In this document: piece after piece, positions 1 through 11,653 of the stretch
Position numbering within the stretch: the first letter of the stretch is position 1
Layout: the number at the start of each line of letters is the position of its first letter
Assembly: GCA_001787405.1 (NCBI GenBank)
Contig: MFWV01000003.1
Location: 790-64,789, forward strand
Reading direction: 5' to 3'
DNA length: 64,000 nucleotides
Source of the DNA: Candidatus Pacebacteria bacterium RIFOXYA1_FULL_38_18
Lineage (GTDB): Bacteria; Patescibacteriota; Microgenomatia; UBA1400; PJMF01
Program-made: the position numbers and the translations under genes
Notes under the pieces: model-generated
The model's input: only the letters and a program-made list of their open reading frames with translations
Databases searched by the model: none
What the model was told of the DNA's origin: nothing

Positions 1-1
1 G

Positions 2-3000
2 ATGACCGGGGTGGGCACTTTCATTATCAATGGCATTGAGCGGGCTATTATCACTCAATTAGTTCGTTCTCCTGGAGTATTTTTCTTGGGAGATGAAGAT
101 CCCAATAGTCGTCGTGTATTGTATCGAGCCGAGCTTCGTCCCTTACGTGGTTCTTGGTTGGAAGTCGTAGTGGGTCGTCGAGATGTTATTACTGTCAAGA
201 TTGATCGTCGTCGTAAAATGCCTGTCACGGTATTACTTCGTGCTTTAGGTTTTGAAACAGATGATGATATTCGTGCTTTGTTTAAAAATCTGGCCAAAAA
301 AGACGAGTTTGATTTATTGGAAAATACTTTGAAAAAAGATGCAACCACCAATCAAGCAGAAGCCCTGATTGAGATTTATGAAAAAATGAGACCTGGAGAG
401 CCAGCAGTTTTGGACACTGCTCGTGAATATCTCTCTCAGCTTTTCTTTGATCCCAAACGCTATGATTTGGCCAAGGTTGGTCGTTACAAACTCAATCGTC
501 GTCTCAAATTGGACGTCAAAGATGAAACCACTGTCCTCACTGCGCAAGATGTTGTAGCAGCAGTGGAATATTTGATCAATTTACAAAATGGAGTTGGCAA
601 AGTAGATGACATTGATCATTTGAGCAATCGCAGAGTGCGCAGAGTAGGAGAGCTGGTAAAAGCAAGTGCTTTCCGCATTGGTCTGATTCGTTTGGAGCGT
701 TCTATCAGAGAAAAAATGTCTTTGACCAAAACAGACGAGACACTCACTCCAGCTGCTTTGGTAAATGCTAGACCTCTGATTGCTACTATTTCAGAATTTT
801 TCCGTCGTAATCGTTTATCAGCAATTTTGGATCAAACCAATCCTTTATCGGAAATTGATAATCTCAGACGTTTATCAGTGATGGGTACTGGTGGAGTAAC
901 TCGTGAGCGCGCTTCATTTTCTATGCGTGACATTAATGCTTCACAGTATTCTCGTATTGATCCAGTTCGTTCTCCTGAAGGTCCCAACATTGGTTTGGTA
1001 ACTTATTTAGCTCTCTATACCAGAGTAAATAAATATGGCTTTTTGGAAGCTCCTTATTTCAAAGTAGAGAAAAAAGGTAGCAAAATGAAGATCAATCACG
1101 ATGACATTATTTATATGTCAGCTGATGAAGAAGAAGATTACAAGATTACTCATGCTGGAGTCGGTATTAGTAAAGATGGCATTTTGGAAGATGAATGGGT
1201 GCCTATGCGCTATATGAATCAATTTATTGAAGGTCCAACAACTGATGTGGAGTATATTGACGTAGTACCTCGCCAAGTAATCGGCACTTCAGCTTCTCTA
1301 ATTCCGTTTATTGCTCATGATGAAGCCAACCGGGCTTTGATGGGTACTCACATGCAATGTCAAGCAGTGCCTCTAGTCAAACCTAGTGCTCCAGTAGTCG
1401 GCACAGGTATGGAATCTTCTGTGGCCCTGGCTATGGGTAGAACTGTTATTGCCAAATTTGCTGGTACTGTGGAATATGTTGATGCAAATAGAGTCACTAT
1501 CAAATTAAACAAAACAGAACATAAAAAAGCTGAAGAGTATTTTTCCAAAAACGGCGACGAACATATTAATTATTCCAAAGGTATTCTTACCTATCAGGTT
1601 GTTCGTTTTGAACGAACTTCACAAAGCACTTGTTATTCTCAACGAGTAGTCGTGACTTTGGGACAGAAAGTTAAAGCTGGAGACATCTTGATTGATGGTC
1701 CTTCTGCAGATGGTGGCGAACTAGCTTTGGGAACCAATTTACTGATTGCTTATGCTTCTTTTGATGGTTTGGGTTATGAAGACGCGATCGTTATTTCTGA
1801 TCGTTTGGTCAAAGAAGATAGTTTAACCTCTATTCAAATTAGTGAATATAAAGCCAAATTGATGGATACCCGTTTGGGACCAGAAGAATTGACCAATGAT
1901 ATTCCCAATGTCAGTGAAGCCTTTTTGAGCAATCTGACAATGGAAGGAATCATTCGTGTAGGAAGCCAAGTTTCTTCCGGAGATATTTTGGTTGGTAAAG
2001 TAGCTCCCAAAGGGGAAACAGAGCTCTCACCAGAGGAAAGATTATTGAGAGCCATTTTTGGTGAAAAATCCAAAGAAGTGCGCGATACTTCTCTAAGATT
2101 ACCTCATGGAGAAAGTGGAACAGTAATTGATGTTCAGAGTTTGGATCGTGATCTGGGTGATGAATTGGACCCTGGAACACTCAAAGAAGTGGTGGTTCGC
2201 GTTGCTCAAATGAGAAAAATCAGAGTAGGTGATAAGTTGGCTGGTAGACATGGTAACAAAGGAGTTATTTCCAAGATTGTGCCAGTAGCTGACATGCCTC
2301 ATTTGGAAGATGGTACCGCAATCGATATTATTATTTCTCCTTTATCAGTACTTGCTCGGATGAACTTAGGTCAATTATTGGAAGCTCACCTAGGTTGGGC
2401 AGCCCAAAAATTGGGTTATACAGTAGCTATTCCTGCTTTTGAGCAGATTGAAGAGTCACGAATTTGGAGTGAACTAGAGCGAGCAGACTTACCTCCCTCT
2501 GGAAAAGCCCAGCTTTTTGATGGTAGAACCGGACAACCTTTTGAGGAAGCAACTGTGGTAGGTGTATCTTACATGTTGAAACTTTCTCATATGGTAGAGG
2601 ACAAAACTCATGCTCGTTCTACTGGTCCTTATTCTTTGGTAACTCAGCAACCTTTGGGCGGTAAAGCTCAAATGGGCGGGCAGCGACTAGGAGAAATGGA
2701 AGTTTGGGCATTGGAGGCGCATCGGGCAGCTCATGTTTTGCAAGAAATGTTGACGATCAAATCAGATGATGTTCGTGGCCGAGCCAATGCTTTTGAAGCA
2801 ATGGTCAAAGGTGAAGAAATTCCCGCCCCAAGTGTGCCAGAATCATTCAAAGTTCTCATGCGCGAACTTAATTCTTTAGCTTTGAAAGTAGTGCCCATCG
2901 ACTCAGAGGAAATAGAAGAAGAAGTTGCTGAACCAATTTCTCCAGAAGAATTACCAGAAGATATAGAGATTGAGGATGAAAAAACTGATGAAGCTGAAGA

Positions 3001-3109
3001 GGAAGCTGATGAAGACGCCGATGAAGTGGCTGATGACTTAGTTGGAGATGAAGATATTGATGAAGACGAAGAAGATATCAAAGCAGTCGAAGAAAGCGAA
3101 GAAGATTAA
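2..3109 (+). CDS. rpoB: RNA polymerase beta subunit (5'-truncated by window edge), acidic C-terminal tail
   Basis: Motifs GDKLAGRHGNKG, ARSTGPYSLVTQQPLGGKAQMGGQRLGEME; precedes rpoC. Confidence 0.99.
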   Translation: MTGVGTFIINGIERAIITQLVRSPGVFFLGDEDPNSRRVLYRAELRPLRGSWLEVVVGRRDVITVKIDRRRKMPVTVLLRALGFETDDDIRALFKNLAKKDEFDLLENTLKKDATTNQAEALIEIYEKMRPGEPAVLDTAREYLSQLFFDPKRYDLAKVGRYKLNRRLKLDVKDETTVLTAQDVVAAVEYLINLQNGVGKVDDIDHLSNRRVRRVGELVKASAFRIGLIRLERSIREKMSLTKTDETLTPAALVNARPLIATISEFFRRNRLSAILDQTNPLSEIDNLRRLSVMGTGGVTRERASFSMRDINASQYSRIDPVRSPEGPNIGLVTYLALYTRVNKYGFLEAPYFKVEKKGSKMKINHDDIIYMSADEEEDYKITHAGVGISKDGILEDEWVPMRYMNQFIEGPTTDVEYIDVVPRQVIGTSASLIPFIAHDEANRALMGTHMQCQAVPLVKPSAPVVGTGMESSVALAMGRTVIAKFAGTVEYVDANRVTIKLNKTEHKKAEEYFSKNGDEHINYSKGILTYQVVRFERTSQSTCYSQRVVVTLGQKVKAGDILIDGPSADGGELALGTNLLIAYASFDGLGYEDAIVISDRLVKEDSLTSIQISEYKAKLMDTRLGPEELTNDIPNVSEAFLSNLTMEGIIRVGSQVSSGDILVGKVAPKGETELSPEERLLRAIFGEKSKEVRDTSLRLPHGESGTVIDVQSLDRDLGDELDPGTLKEVVVRVAQMRKIRVGDKLAGRHGNKGVISKIVPVADMPHLEDGTAIDIIISPLSVLARMNLGQLLEAHLGWAAQKLGYTVAIPAFEQIEESRIWSELERADLPPSGKAQLFDGRTGQPFEEATVVGVSYMLKLSHMVEDKTHARSTGPYSLVTQQPLGGKAQMGGQRLGEMEVWALEAHRAAHVLQEMLTIKSDDVRGRANAFEAMVKGEEIPAPSVPESFKVLMRELNSLALKVVPIDSEEIEEEVAEPISPEELPEDIEIEDEKTDEAEEEADEDADEVADDLVGDEDIDEDEEDIKAVEESEED

Positions 3110-3133
3110 ATTATTTGAGAATTAAAGGAATTT

Positions 3134-6100
3134 ATGAAAAATATTGTTGATTTTTCCGCCTTGCAAATTAGCATCGCTTCTCCAGAAGAAATGATGTCTT
3201 GGTCTCATGGCGAAGTCAAAAAACCAGAAACAATTAACTATCGCTCTTTGAAACCTGAAAAAGATGGTTTATTTGATGAAAAAATCTTCGGACCGGTTAA
3301 GGATTATGAATGTTACTGTGGTAAATACAAACGGATTCGTTATAAAGGCATTATTTGTGACAAGTGTGGTGTGGAAGTTACTCAATCCAAGGTACGTCGT
3401 GAAAGAATGGCTCACATTGGTTTGGCAACTCCAGTTGCTCACATTTGGTTTTTCAAAGGAGCTCCATCCAAACTATCTTTACTATTGGGAATTTCTCCTC
3501 GTAATCTTAATTCCATTATGTATTTTTCTCAGTACATCGTACTGAGTGTTGATGAAGATGAAAAGAAAAACATTTTGGAAAAATTGGAAGTAGATCTAGT
3601 AGCAGCTCAAGATGAATTGCGCTCTACTGCAGAAGAAGACATCAAAAAATTACAAACACAACTAGAAAAAGATGTCACTACTATCAAGGAAAAAGTTAAA
3701 AGCAAAGAAACTTTACAACTCAAACTTGATGAGCTCAAACTCAAAGCCAAACAAAACATGGCGGCTGTCAAACAACAGTTGGAAACTCAAACCGAGCAAA
3801 CCACTGAGATTTTCAAAGCCATCAAAACCATGGTGAAGAAAATCAAGCGCAAAAGCGTATTGAGTGAAGATGAATATTTGAAATTAGATGAATATGATGC
3901 CGCCGCTCATCTTAGAGTAGGTATGGGTGCGGAAAGCATTTTTGAGTTGGTCAAAGAAATCGACATGGATGTACTGGTAGAGAAACTTCGTGCAGAAATG
4001 ATTGAGAGCAAAGGTGCCAAACGAGTCAAAGCCATTAAACGTCTGCGAGTAGTAGAAGGTTTCAAACGCGCTTCGATCAATCCGGCTTGGACATTTTTGA
4101 ATGTTTTGCCGGTTTTACCACCAGACTTACGACCGATGGTGCAATTGTCAGGTGGTCGTTTTGCATCTTCAGATTTGAATGATTTATATCGTCGTGTTAT
4201 CAATCGTAATAATCGTTTGAAACATCTGATCAATCTTGGTGCTCCAGAAATTATTTTGCGTAATGAAAAAAGAATGCTGCAAGAAGCAGTTGATTCTTTG
4301 ATTGATAGTTCACAAGCTAGACAAACTCGTCGTAGAGTAACTCGTCGCCCATTGCGCTCTCTTTCAGAAATGTTGCGAGGCAAACAAGGTCGTTTCCGTC
4401 AGAACTTATTGGGTAAACGGGTCGATTACTCTGGTCGTAGTGTGATTGTGGTGGGTCCAGAATTAAAACTCAATCAATGTGGTTTGCCCAAAGATATGGC
4501 TTTGGAAATCTTTAAGCCGTATGTTTTGCGTGAGCTAATTGTTCAAGGAGTTGCTCCCAACGTCAAAAGTGCTCGTCACTTAGTGGATCGCAGAGAACCT
4601 GAAGTTTATGATGTTCTAGAAAAAGTTACCGCCAATCATCCAGTGATTTTGAACCGTGCCCCAACTCTTCATAAATTGGGTATGCAAGCTTTTTATCCAC
4701 AATTAATTGAAGGTAGTGCCATTCGTTTACATCCTTGTGTTTGTTCTGGTTACAATGCTGATTTTGATGGTGATCAAATGGCTGTACATGTACCTCTAAC
4801 CAAAGAAGCTCGTCAAGAAGCAGTAGATTTGATGATGTCATCTCACAATTTATTAAAACCAGCCAATGGTGAACCAATCACTGTTCCCAATAAAGATATG
4901 GCTATGGGAGTGTATTACTACACCACCATCAATGAAGAGCTAGAAAAATTACCAACAATTTTCTCTGGTAAAGATGAAGCTTATCATGCCTTTCAAATTG
5001 GTTTGGTGCGTTTACGTCAACCCATCACTCTTCGTTTGCCAAAGATTGGTTTAACAGTCACTACAATTGGTAGATTGCTTTTCAATGATCTTTTACCAGA
5101 GGGTAGTGCTTACATTAATGAACCGGTCAAGGCCAAAGATATTAAAGAATTAGTAACCGAAGCTATTAGCCAATTGCCAAATGAGGAAGTTGCTAATTTG
5201 ATTGATGCCATTAAAAACTTGGGTTTCAAAGCAGCTACTGAGTCTGGTTTATCAGTATCAGTGACTGACTGTAAAATGATCGATGAAAAGAAAAGCATTG
5301 TTGATCGGGCCAACAAACGAGCCGAACAAGTTCAAGAAAGTTATCTGAATGGTTTGGTAACGGATGAAGAACGTCGTCGTAAAAGTATCGAAATTTGGAT
5401 GGAAACGACTGATGAGTTGGCTGAAAAAACTTGGGATTCATACAGCAATGAAAATGCTGTCAAAGTAATGATTGACTCTGGTGGAACTCGGGCTTCAAAA
5501 GATCAAGTTAAACAACTAGCTGCTATGCGGGGATTGGTTGTAGATCCATTGGGCAACATTGTAGAAATGCCTACTAAATCAAATTTCCGTCAAGGTTTAA
5601 CTATTTTTGAATACGTCACTTCTGCTCGTGGTTCTAGAAAAGGTTTGACAGATTCGGCCATCAAAACTGCTGATGCTGGTTATTTAACTCGTCGATTGAG
5701 TGATGTAGCCCATGATGCAATTATTAGAATGGAAGATTGTGAGACTGATAAGGGATTAGAAATCAGCAGAACCAATCGCAAAGAGGCTTTTGCAGATAGA
5801 ATTTTGGGTAGATTTTTGGCAGAAGATGTTAAGGCCGGTCGCAAAATCGTAGCCAAAAAAGATGACATAATTACTGCTCAATTAGCTCAAACTATAGATA
5901 AAACAGAAGAAATTGAGTCAATAATTGTTCGCTCACCCATGACCTGTGAAGCTCGTAAAGGTTTGTGTCAAAAATGCTATGGTTGGGATTTTGCTACCAG
6001 AGAAATAGTACATATTGGCGTACCAGTGGGAGTGATTGCTGCTCAATCAATTGGAGAGCCTGGCACTCAGCTGACCATGCGGGTCAAGCACACTGGTGGA

Positions 6101-6820
6101 ATCGTTGGCTTGGATGTGACTCAGGGTTTGCCTAGAGTAGAAGAATTATTGGAAGCTCGCAATCCCAAAGTAAGGGCGGTAGTAGCAAAAATTGCTGGCA
6201 AAGTTAAGATCAAAGAAGAGAAAGATCAAAAAATTATCACTATTCGTTCTACTACTACTCCAGCCGAAGAAGAAATCTTCGAAGTTCCAAGTGGCAAAGC
6301 TTTACTCATAGAAAATGGGGATTTAGTTCATCCCGGTCAAATGTTGACTGCTGGTGGAGCTGATCTTCAAGAACTATTACAATTGCAAGGTTTGCTTTTT
6401 GCCCAACAGCACTTAGTGGATCAAGTGCAACAAGTTTATGAATCACAAGGTATTACGATCAACGATCGTCATTTTGAGGTTATTGCCAAAAAAATGAGTG
6501 ATAAAGTGCGAATTGAAATGAGTGGTGATACAGAGTATCTAACGGGTGAAATTTCTGAGCGTAGTCGCTTTATGTCGGTAAATGATGAAACTATGGCTGC
6601 TGGTGGTGAACCTGCTACAGCAAAAGTTTTATTATTGGGCATTACTCGTTCATCTCTATTTACTGATTCATGGTTGTCAGCTGCTTCATTCCAGCACACC
6701 AAACATGTATTAACCGATGCTGCTGCAGCAGGTAAAATAGATAATTTGGAAGGACTTAAAGAAAACGTTATCATTGGTCGATTGATTCCAACCAGTGAAG
6801 AAAGGGCTCGGGAAATCTAG
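3134..6820 (+). CDS. rpoC: RNA polymerase beta' subunit
   Basis: NADFDGDQM catalytic motif, N-terminal Zn finger CYCGK..CDKC, QSIGEPGTQLT. Confidence 0.99.
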   Translation: MKNIVDFSALQISIASPEEMMSWSHGEVKKPETINYRSLKPEKDGLFDEKIFGPVKDYECYCGKYKRIRYKGIICDKCGVEVTQSKVRRERMAHIGLATPVAHIWFFKGAPSKLSLLLGISPRNLNSIMYFSQYIVLSVDEDEKKNILEKLEVDLVAAQDELRSTAEEDIKKLQTQLEKDVTTIKEKVKSKETLQLKLDELKLKAKQNMAAVKQQLETQTEQTTEIFKAIKTMVKKIKRKSVLSEDEYLKLDEYDAAAHLRVGMGAESIFELVKEIDMDVLVEKLRAEMIESKGAKRVKAIKRLRVVEGFKRASINPAWTFLNVLPVLPPDLRPMVQLSGGRFASSDLNDLYRRVINRNNRLKHLINLGAPEIILRNEKRMLQEAVDSLIDSSQARQTRRRVTRRPLRSLSEMLRGKQGRFRQNLLGKRVDYSGRSVIVVGPELKLNQCGLPKDMALEIFKPYVLRELIVQGVAPNVKSARHLVDRREPEVYDVLEKVTANHPVILNRAPTLHKLGMQAFYPQLIEGSAIRLHPCVCSGYNADFDGDQMAVHVPLTKEARQEAVDLMMSSHNLLKPANGEPITVPNKDMAMGVYYYTTINEELEKLPTIFSGKDEAYHAFQIGLVRLRQPITLRLPKIGLTVTTIGRLLFNDLLPEGSAYINEPVKAKDIKELVTEAISQLPNEEVANLIDAIKNLGFKAATESGLSVSVTDCKMIDEKKSIVDRANKRAEQVQESYLNGLVTDEERRRKSIEIWMETTDELAEKTWDSYSNENAVKVMIDSGGTRASKDQVKQLAAMRGLVVDPLGNIVEMPTKSNFRQGLTIFEYVTSARGSRKGLTDSAIKTADAGYLTRRLSDVAHDAIIRMEDCETDKGLEISRTNRKEAFADRILGRFLAEDVKAGRKIVAKKDDIITAQLAQTIDKTEEIESIIVRSPMTCEARKGLCQKCYGWDFATREIVHIGVPVGVIAAQSIGEPGTQLTMRVKHTGGIVGLDVTQGLPRVEELLEARNPKVRAVVAKIAGKVKIKEEKDQKIITIRSTTTPAEEEIFEVPSGKALLIENGDLVHPGQMLTAGGADLQELLQLQGLLFAQQHLVDQVQQVYESQGITINDRHFEVIAKKMSDKVRIEMSGDTEYLTGEISERSRFMSVNDETMAAGGEPATAKVLLLGITRSSLFTDSWLSAASFQHTKHVLTDAAAAGKIDNLEGLKENVIIGRLIPTSEERAREI

Positions 6821-6878
6821 CCAATCCAGACGGGACATGTTACAATTCCCCCTCTGAAAATTAATTGAGAAAAATATT

Positions 6879-7292
6879 ATGCCAACTATAAACCAACTTA
6901 TCCGTAAAGGTGGCCGAAAAAGACGCAGTAAACGTGTCAAGGCTAGTGCTTTACGTCGTAGTTTTAATTCAATTACCAATAAACCGGTAAAGACAACCAA
7001 TCCTCAAAAAAGAGGAGTTTGTACTGTAGTAAAAACTATGACTCCCAAAAAGCCAAACTCAGCTTTGCGTAAGGTAGCTCGGGTGCGTTTATCCAATCAT
7101 ATGGAAGTTACGGCTTACATTATGGGTGAAGGACACAACTTAGCTGAACATAGTGTAGTAATGGTTCGCGGTGGTAGAGTGAAAGATTTGCCTGGAGTAA
7201 AATATCACATAGTTCGTGGTAAATATGATACGGCTGGTGTTGAAAATCGCAAAACCAGTCGCAGTAAATATGGAGTAAAAAAGGGATCATAA
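6879..7292 (+). CDS. rpsL: 30S ribosomal protein S12
   Basis: [21 protein letters not shown]. Confidence 0.99.
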   Translation: MPTINQLIRKGGRKRRSKRVKASALRRSFNSITNKPVKTTNPQKRGVCTVVKTMTPKKPNSALRKVARVRLSNHMEVTAYIMGEGHNLAEHSVVMVRGGRVKDLPGVKYHIVRGKYDTAGVENRKTSRSKYGVKKGS

Positions 7293-7295
7293 TCA

Positions 7296-7772
7296 ATGAG
7301 AACCAAACAAGCTAAAGTTCGAGAAACTACTCCTGATTCCAAACACGGGTCAGTTGTTGTGGCCAAATTAATCAATCAATCTATGTTGTCTGGTAAAAAA
7401 ACCGTGGCTCAAAAGCATGTTTATCAAGCTTTGGATTTGGTAGCCAAAAAAACAGGCAAAAAACCCATTGAGATTTTGGAAGAAACCCTGAGAAATATTG
7501 CTCCTCAAATGGAAGTTCGTTCTCGTCGAGTAGGCGGTGCTTCTTATCAAGTGCCTATGCCAGTTCGTTCTCGTCGGGGAACTTCTTTGGCTTTACGCTG
7601 GTTAGTTGCAGAAGCAAATAAACGATCCAATGCTCAATATCACACTTATGCTGAAAAATTGGCCGCCGAAATGCTGGATGCTTTGGCAAACACCGGGGGC
7701 GCAATTGATAAGAAAATGACTTCGCACCGGATGGCAGAAGCTAATAAAGCTTTTTCTCACTTCCGTTGGTAG
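7296..7772 (+). CDS. rpsG: 30S ribosomal protein S7
   Basis: EVRSRRVGGASYQVP, HRMAEANKAFSHFRW. Confidence 0.99.
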   Translation: MRTKQAKVRETTPDSKHGSVVVAKLINQSMLSGKKTVAQKHVYQALDLVAKKTGKKPIEILEETLRNIAPQMEVRSRRVGGASYQVPMPVRSRRGTSLALRWLVAEANKRSNAQYHTYAEKLAAEMLDALANTGGAIDKKMTSHRMAEANKAFSHFRW

Positions 7773-7943
7773 TTGAAAAGGACCAAAGATAAATAAAAAA
7801 GCTGGGAATTGAGTAGACAGTTGATAACAAAGATATTTTTGATTACTGCCGATTCACAATTATTTTTTTATTTATTTGTATAATTAATTGAATTTTATTT
7901 ATTATTAAATTGACCAGAAAAATTTAGAAAAAATTAAAAGATC

Positions 7944-10079
7944 ATGTCTGAAAAAAGTGCCAATAAACAAGTACCCTTAGAACGGATCCGTAACATCGGT
8001 ATTATCGCTCATATTGATGCTGGTAAGACCACCACTACAGAGCGAATTTTGTTTTATACCGGTCGTACTTATAAAATCGGTGAGGTTCATGAAGGAGCTG
8101 CCACCATGGATTGGATGGAGCAAGAACAAGAGCGAGGCATTACTATTGTTTCAGCTGCTACTACTGCTTTTTGGACTCCATATTTTGAAAGTAATTTACC
8201 CAAAGTGGAATATCGTTTTAATATCATTGATACACCCGGTCACGTAGATTTTACTGCTGAAGTTGAACGTTCTTTGCGAGTGCTTGATGGTGGGATCACA
8301 GTATTGGATGCCTCAGAAGGTGTGCAATCTCAATCAGAAACAGTTTGGCGTCAAGCTGATAAATATCACGTGCCAAGAATTTGTTTTGTGAATAAAATGG
8401 ATAAATTGGGTGCAGATTTTTTGGCTACCGTCCAAGATATTCAAGATAAATTTGGAGTTACACCGGCAGTAATGGTAGTACCCATGGGTTCAGAAAATGA
8501 TTTCAAAGGAGTGATTCAATTATTAGATCGTCGAGCTTTATTTTGGAAAGATAATGCTGCTGATACTGAACCAACGGTTATGGAAATTCCTGAAAAATAT
8601 CAAGCCCAAGTAGAAGAGCAACGAGCCAAATTGGTAGAAAGTATTGCCGAGACAGATGATAGTTTGATGGAAAAGTTTTTGAATGAAGAAGAGCCGTCTA
8701 TCAATGAACTGAAAATAGCCCTGCGAAAAGCAGTTATTGGTTATAAATTGGTGCCGGTTTTTGCCGGATCATCTTTAAAAAATACCGGTATACAAGTCCT
8801 TTTAGATGCTGTTGTAGAATACTTGCCTTCGCCCACAGACATTGATGTAGTTAGGGGAATTAAACCAGGCACTGAAGAAGAAATTGAGCGCAAATTAACT
8901 CCAGAAGAAAAATTTGCAGGACTAGCTTTCAAAATTCAGACCGATCCTCATGTGGGTAAATTAACCTATGTCAGAGTTTATTCTGGAATACTCAAAGCTG
9001 GTAGTTATGCATATAACGCTACTCGCGATGAAAAAGAACGAGTGGGTCGTTTGTTATTGATGCATGCCAATAAACGTGAAGAAATTACCGAAGCTCGTTC
9101 TGGAGAAATCGTAGCAGTAGTCGGACTGAAAAACACCAAAACAGGTGATACTTTGGCTGATGAAAATGATCCAATTGTTTTGGAAGGTATTACTTTTGCT
9201 GAACCAGTTATTAGTTTGGCTATTGAACCAAAAACCAAAGCTGATCAGGAAAAAATGGGCTTGGCACTCAATAAATTATCCGAAGAAGATCCAACTTTTT
9301 CTATTAAAGTTGATCATGAAACAGGTCAAACCATTATTGGTGGCATGGGCGAATTACACTTGGAAATTATTGTGGATCGGATGAAACGCGAATTCAAAGT
9401 AGAGGCTGATGTTGGAGCTCCTCAAGTAGCTTATCGAGAAACTATTACCGAAGCAACTCAGGGTGAAGGTAAATACATTAAACAAACTGGTGGTCGTGGT
9501 CAATATGGTCACGTATTACTTCGTTTGGAACCCAAAGATCGAGGCACTGGTTATGAGTTCGTCAATGAAATTACCGGTGGAGCAGTGCCCAGAGAATACA
9601 TTGAGCCAACCAATAAAGGCATTCAAGAATCATTGGAACGTGGTTTTTTGGCAGGTTATCCCATGACAGATCTTCAAGTAGCTCTCTATGATGGATCATT
9701 CCATGAAGTTGATTCTAGTGAACTGGCTTTCAAAATGGCTGGTTCATTGGGTATGCGTGAAGCAGTTAAGACTGCCGGAATGGTATTGATAGAACCAATC
9801 ATGAAACTTGAAGTTACTACTCCAGAAAGTTTTATGGGTGATGTGATTGGTGATTTAGGTAGTCGCAGAGCCCAAATTCAAGGCACTACGACTAGGGGCA
9901 ATGTAGTGATCATCACAGCCCTAGTTCCATTGGCAGAGATGCAAGGCTATGTTACAATCCTAAGGAGCATGACTCAGGGTCGTGCGAGTAGTGTGTTGTT
10001 ACCCAGCCACTATGACGAGGTACCCAAGAGCATTACTGAAAAGATTGTAGAAGAGCGCCGAGGGGTGCATAGACGATAG
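7944..10079 (+). CDS. fusA: Elongation factor G
   Basis: [21 protein letters not shown]; str operon position. Confidence 0.99.
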   Translation: MSEKSANKQVPLERIRNIGIIAHIDAGKTTTTERILFYTGRTYKIGEVHEGAATMDWMEQEQERGITIVSAATTAFWTPYFESNLPKVEYRFNIIDTPGHVDFTAEVERSLRVLDGGITVLDASEGVQSQSETVWRQADKYHVPRICFVNKMDKLGADFLATVQDIQDKFGVTPAVMVVPMGSENDFKGVIQLLDRRALFWKDNAADTEPTVMEIPEKYQAQVEEQRAKLVESIAETDDSLMEKFLNEEEPSINELKIALRKAVIGYKLVPVFAGSSLKNTGIQVLLDAVVEYLPSPTDIDVVRGIKPGTEEEIERKLTPEEKFAGLAFKIQTDPHVGKLTYVRVYSGILKAGSYAYNATRDEKERVGRLLLMHANKREEITEARSGEIVAVVGLKNTKTGDTLADENDPIVLEGITFAEPVISLAIEPKTKADQEKMGLALNKLSEEDPTFSIKVDHETGQTIIGGMGELHLEIIVDRMKREFKVEADVGAPQVAYRETITEATQGEGKYIKQTGGRGQYGHVLLRLEPKDRGTGYEFVNEITGGAVPREYIEPTNKGIQESLERGFLAGYPMTDLQVALYDGSFHEVDSSELAFKMAGSLGMREAVKTAGMVLIEPIMKLEVTTPESFMGDVIGDLGSRRAQIQGTTTRGNVVIITALVPLAEMQGYVTILRSMTQGRASSVLLPSHYDEVPKSITEKIVEERRGVHRR

Positions 10080-10175
10080 TAATTTGAAAGAGAATAAATG
10101 CCAGTCGGAAATTAAACAAAGAGAATTGAATCAGTAATAATTAGTAGTAAAAAATAGTAGTAAAAAAAGGAAACT

Positions 10176-11375
10176 ATGTCAGATTCACAAAAGAAATTTG
10201 ATCGCAGCAAACCTCACGTAAACGTGGGAACTATCGGTCATGTCGATCATGGTAAAACCACCCTTACGGCGGCTATTACCCAGACTCTATCCAAAAAAGT
10301 ACCCGGTGGCGTAAACAAACCGATGGTTTATGCAGACATCGATAATGCTCCAGAAGAAGCAGCTCGCGGAGTGACGATCAATATTTCACACATTGAGTAT
10401 GAAACAGAAAAACGTCACTATGCTCACATTGATGCTCCTGGACATGCTGACTACATCAAGAACATGATCACTGGCGCTGCCCAAATGGATGGCGCTATTT
10501 TAGTAGTTGCTGCGACTGATGGTCCTATGCCTCAGACCAGAGAACACATTCTCTTGGCAAATCAAGTCAACGTGCCCAAACTAATTGTTGCTTTGAATAA
10601 AGTCGACATGGTTGATGATGCAGAATTGCTTGATTTAGTCGAAATGGAAGTGAGAGAATTATTGACCAAATATGGTTTTGATGGTGAGAATGCCCCTGTA
10701 GTGCGTGTTTCTGCTCTCAAAGCACTGGAAGGTGATGCAGCAGCTCAGGATCAAATCATGGAATTGATGAATAAGGTCGATGAATATATTCCCAATCCAG
10801 TTCGTGATTTGGACAAGCCATTCTTGATGCCTGTGGAAGATGTTTTCTCGATTAAAGGCAGAGGAACTGTGGCTACTGGCAGAATCGAAAGTGGCCAAGT
10901 AAAAGTTGGCGAAGAAATCGAGCTAGTCGGATTTGAAAAGACTTCCAAGTCAGTTGTTACTGGCGTGGAAATGTTCCATAAGCTACTAGATTCTGGTCAG
11001 GCTGGTGACAACGTAGGCATTTTGCTTCGTGGTATAGAAAAAGATGGTATTCAGCGTGGTCAAGTTTTGGCCAAACCGGGTAGCATTACTCCTCATACTA
11101 ATTTTGAGGCAGAGGTTTACATCTTGAAAAAAGAAGAAGGCGGTCGTCACAAACCATTCTTCACTGGCTATAAACCTCAATTTTATATCAGAACTACTGA
11201 TGTAACCGGTGAGATCACTCTTCCAGATGGTGTAGAGATGGTAATGCCTGGTGATAACGCCAAAATGAAGGTAAAATTAATCGCTCCTGTAGCTTTGAAT
11301 GAAGGCCTGCGGTTTGCTATCCGTGAGGGTGGTTTGACTGTTGGAGCTGGTGCGATTTCAAAAGTGGTTAAGTAA
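10176..11375 (+). CDS. tuf: Elongation factor Tu
   Basis: [33 protein letters not shown]. Confidence 0.99.
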   Translation: MSDSQKKFDRSKPHVNVGTIGHVDHGKTTLTAAITQTLSKKVPGGVNKPMVYADIDNAPEEAARGVTINISHIEYETEKRHYAHIDAPGHADYIKNMITGAAQMDGAILVVAATDGPMPQTREHILLANQVNVPKLIVALNKVDMVDDAELLDLVEMEVRELLTKYGFDGENAPVVRVSALKALEGDAAAQDQIMELMNKVDEYIPNPVRDLDKPFLMPVEDVFSIKGRGTVATGRIESGQVKVGEEIELVGFEKTSKSVVTGVEMFHKLLDSGQAGDNVGILLRGIEKDGIQRGQVLAKPGSITPHTNFEAEVYILKKEEGGRHKPFFTGYKPQFYIRTTDVTGEITLPDGVEMVMPGDNAKMKVKLIAPVALNEGLRFAIREGGLTVGAGAISKVVK

Positions 11376-11397
11376 TCACTTGATGAATTTGTCAAAG

Positions 11398-11425
11398 AAA
11401 ACCCCCGCCTTCGGCGGGGGTTTTT
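11398..11425 (+). terminator. Intrinsic terminator after tuf
   Basis: AAAACCCCCGCC-TTC-GGCGGGGGTTTTT GC-rich stem plus T tract. Confidence 0.9.
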
Positions 11426-11435
11426 ATAAGAGTAG

Positions 11436-11464
11436 TTGTTTACTTGATCTTCTCTTGATATAAT
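11436..11464 (+). promoter_or_regulatory. Sigma70-type promoter for the S10 operon
   Basis: TTGTTT-17 nt-TATAAT with extended TG; a second TATAAT at 11556-11561. Confidence 0.55.
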
Positions 11465-11653
11465 CTGAAGTTCACGTTGAAAGACGTGATAAAAAATCTT
11501 AACCGGGGATTTTTTCTACTATCAACTCGATCTGTACACAATTGGATTGATCAAGTATAATTACCCCCTGTGTTTTGAATATCTCTGGTATTCCAGAGTA
11601 AAATTCGTTGGGTTGAGACCAAGTGTCACAACCGAACATATAACAAGTAAATT

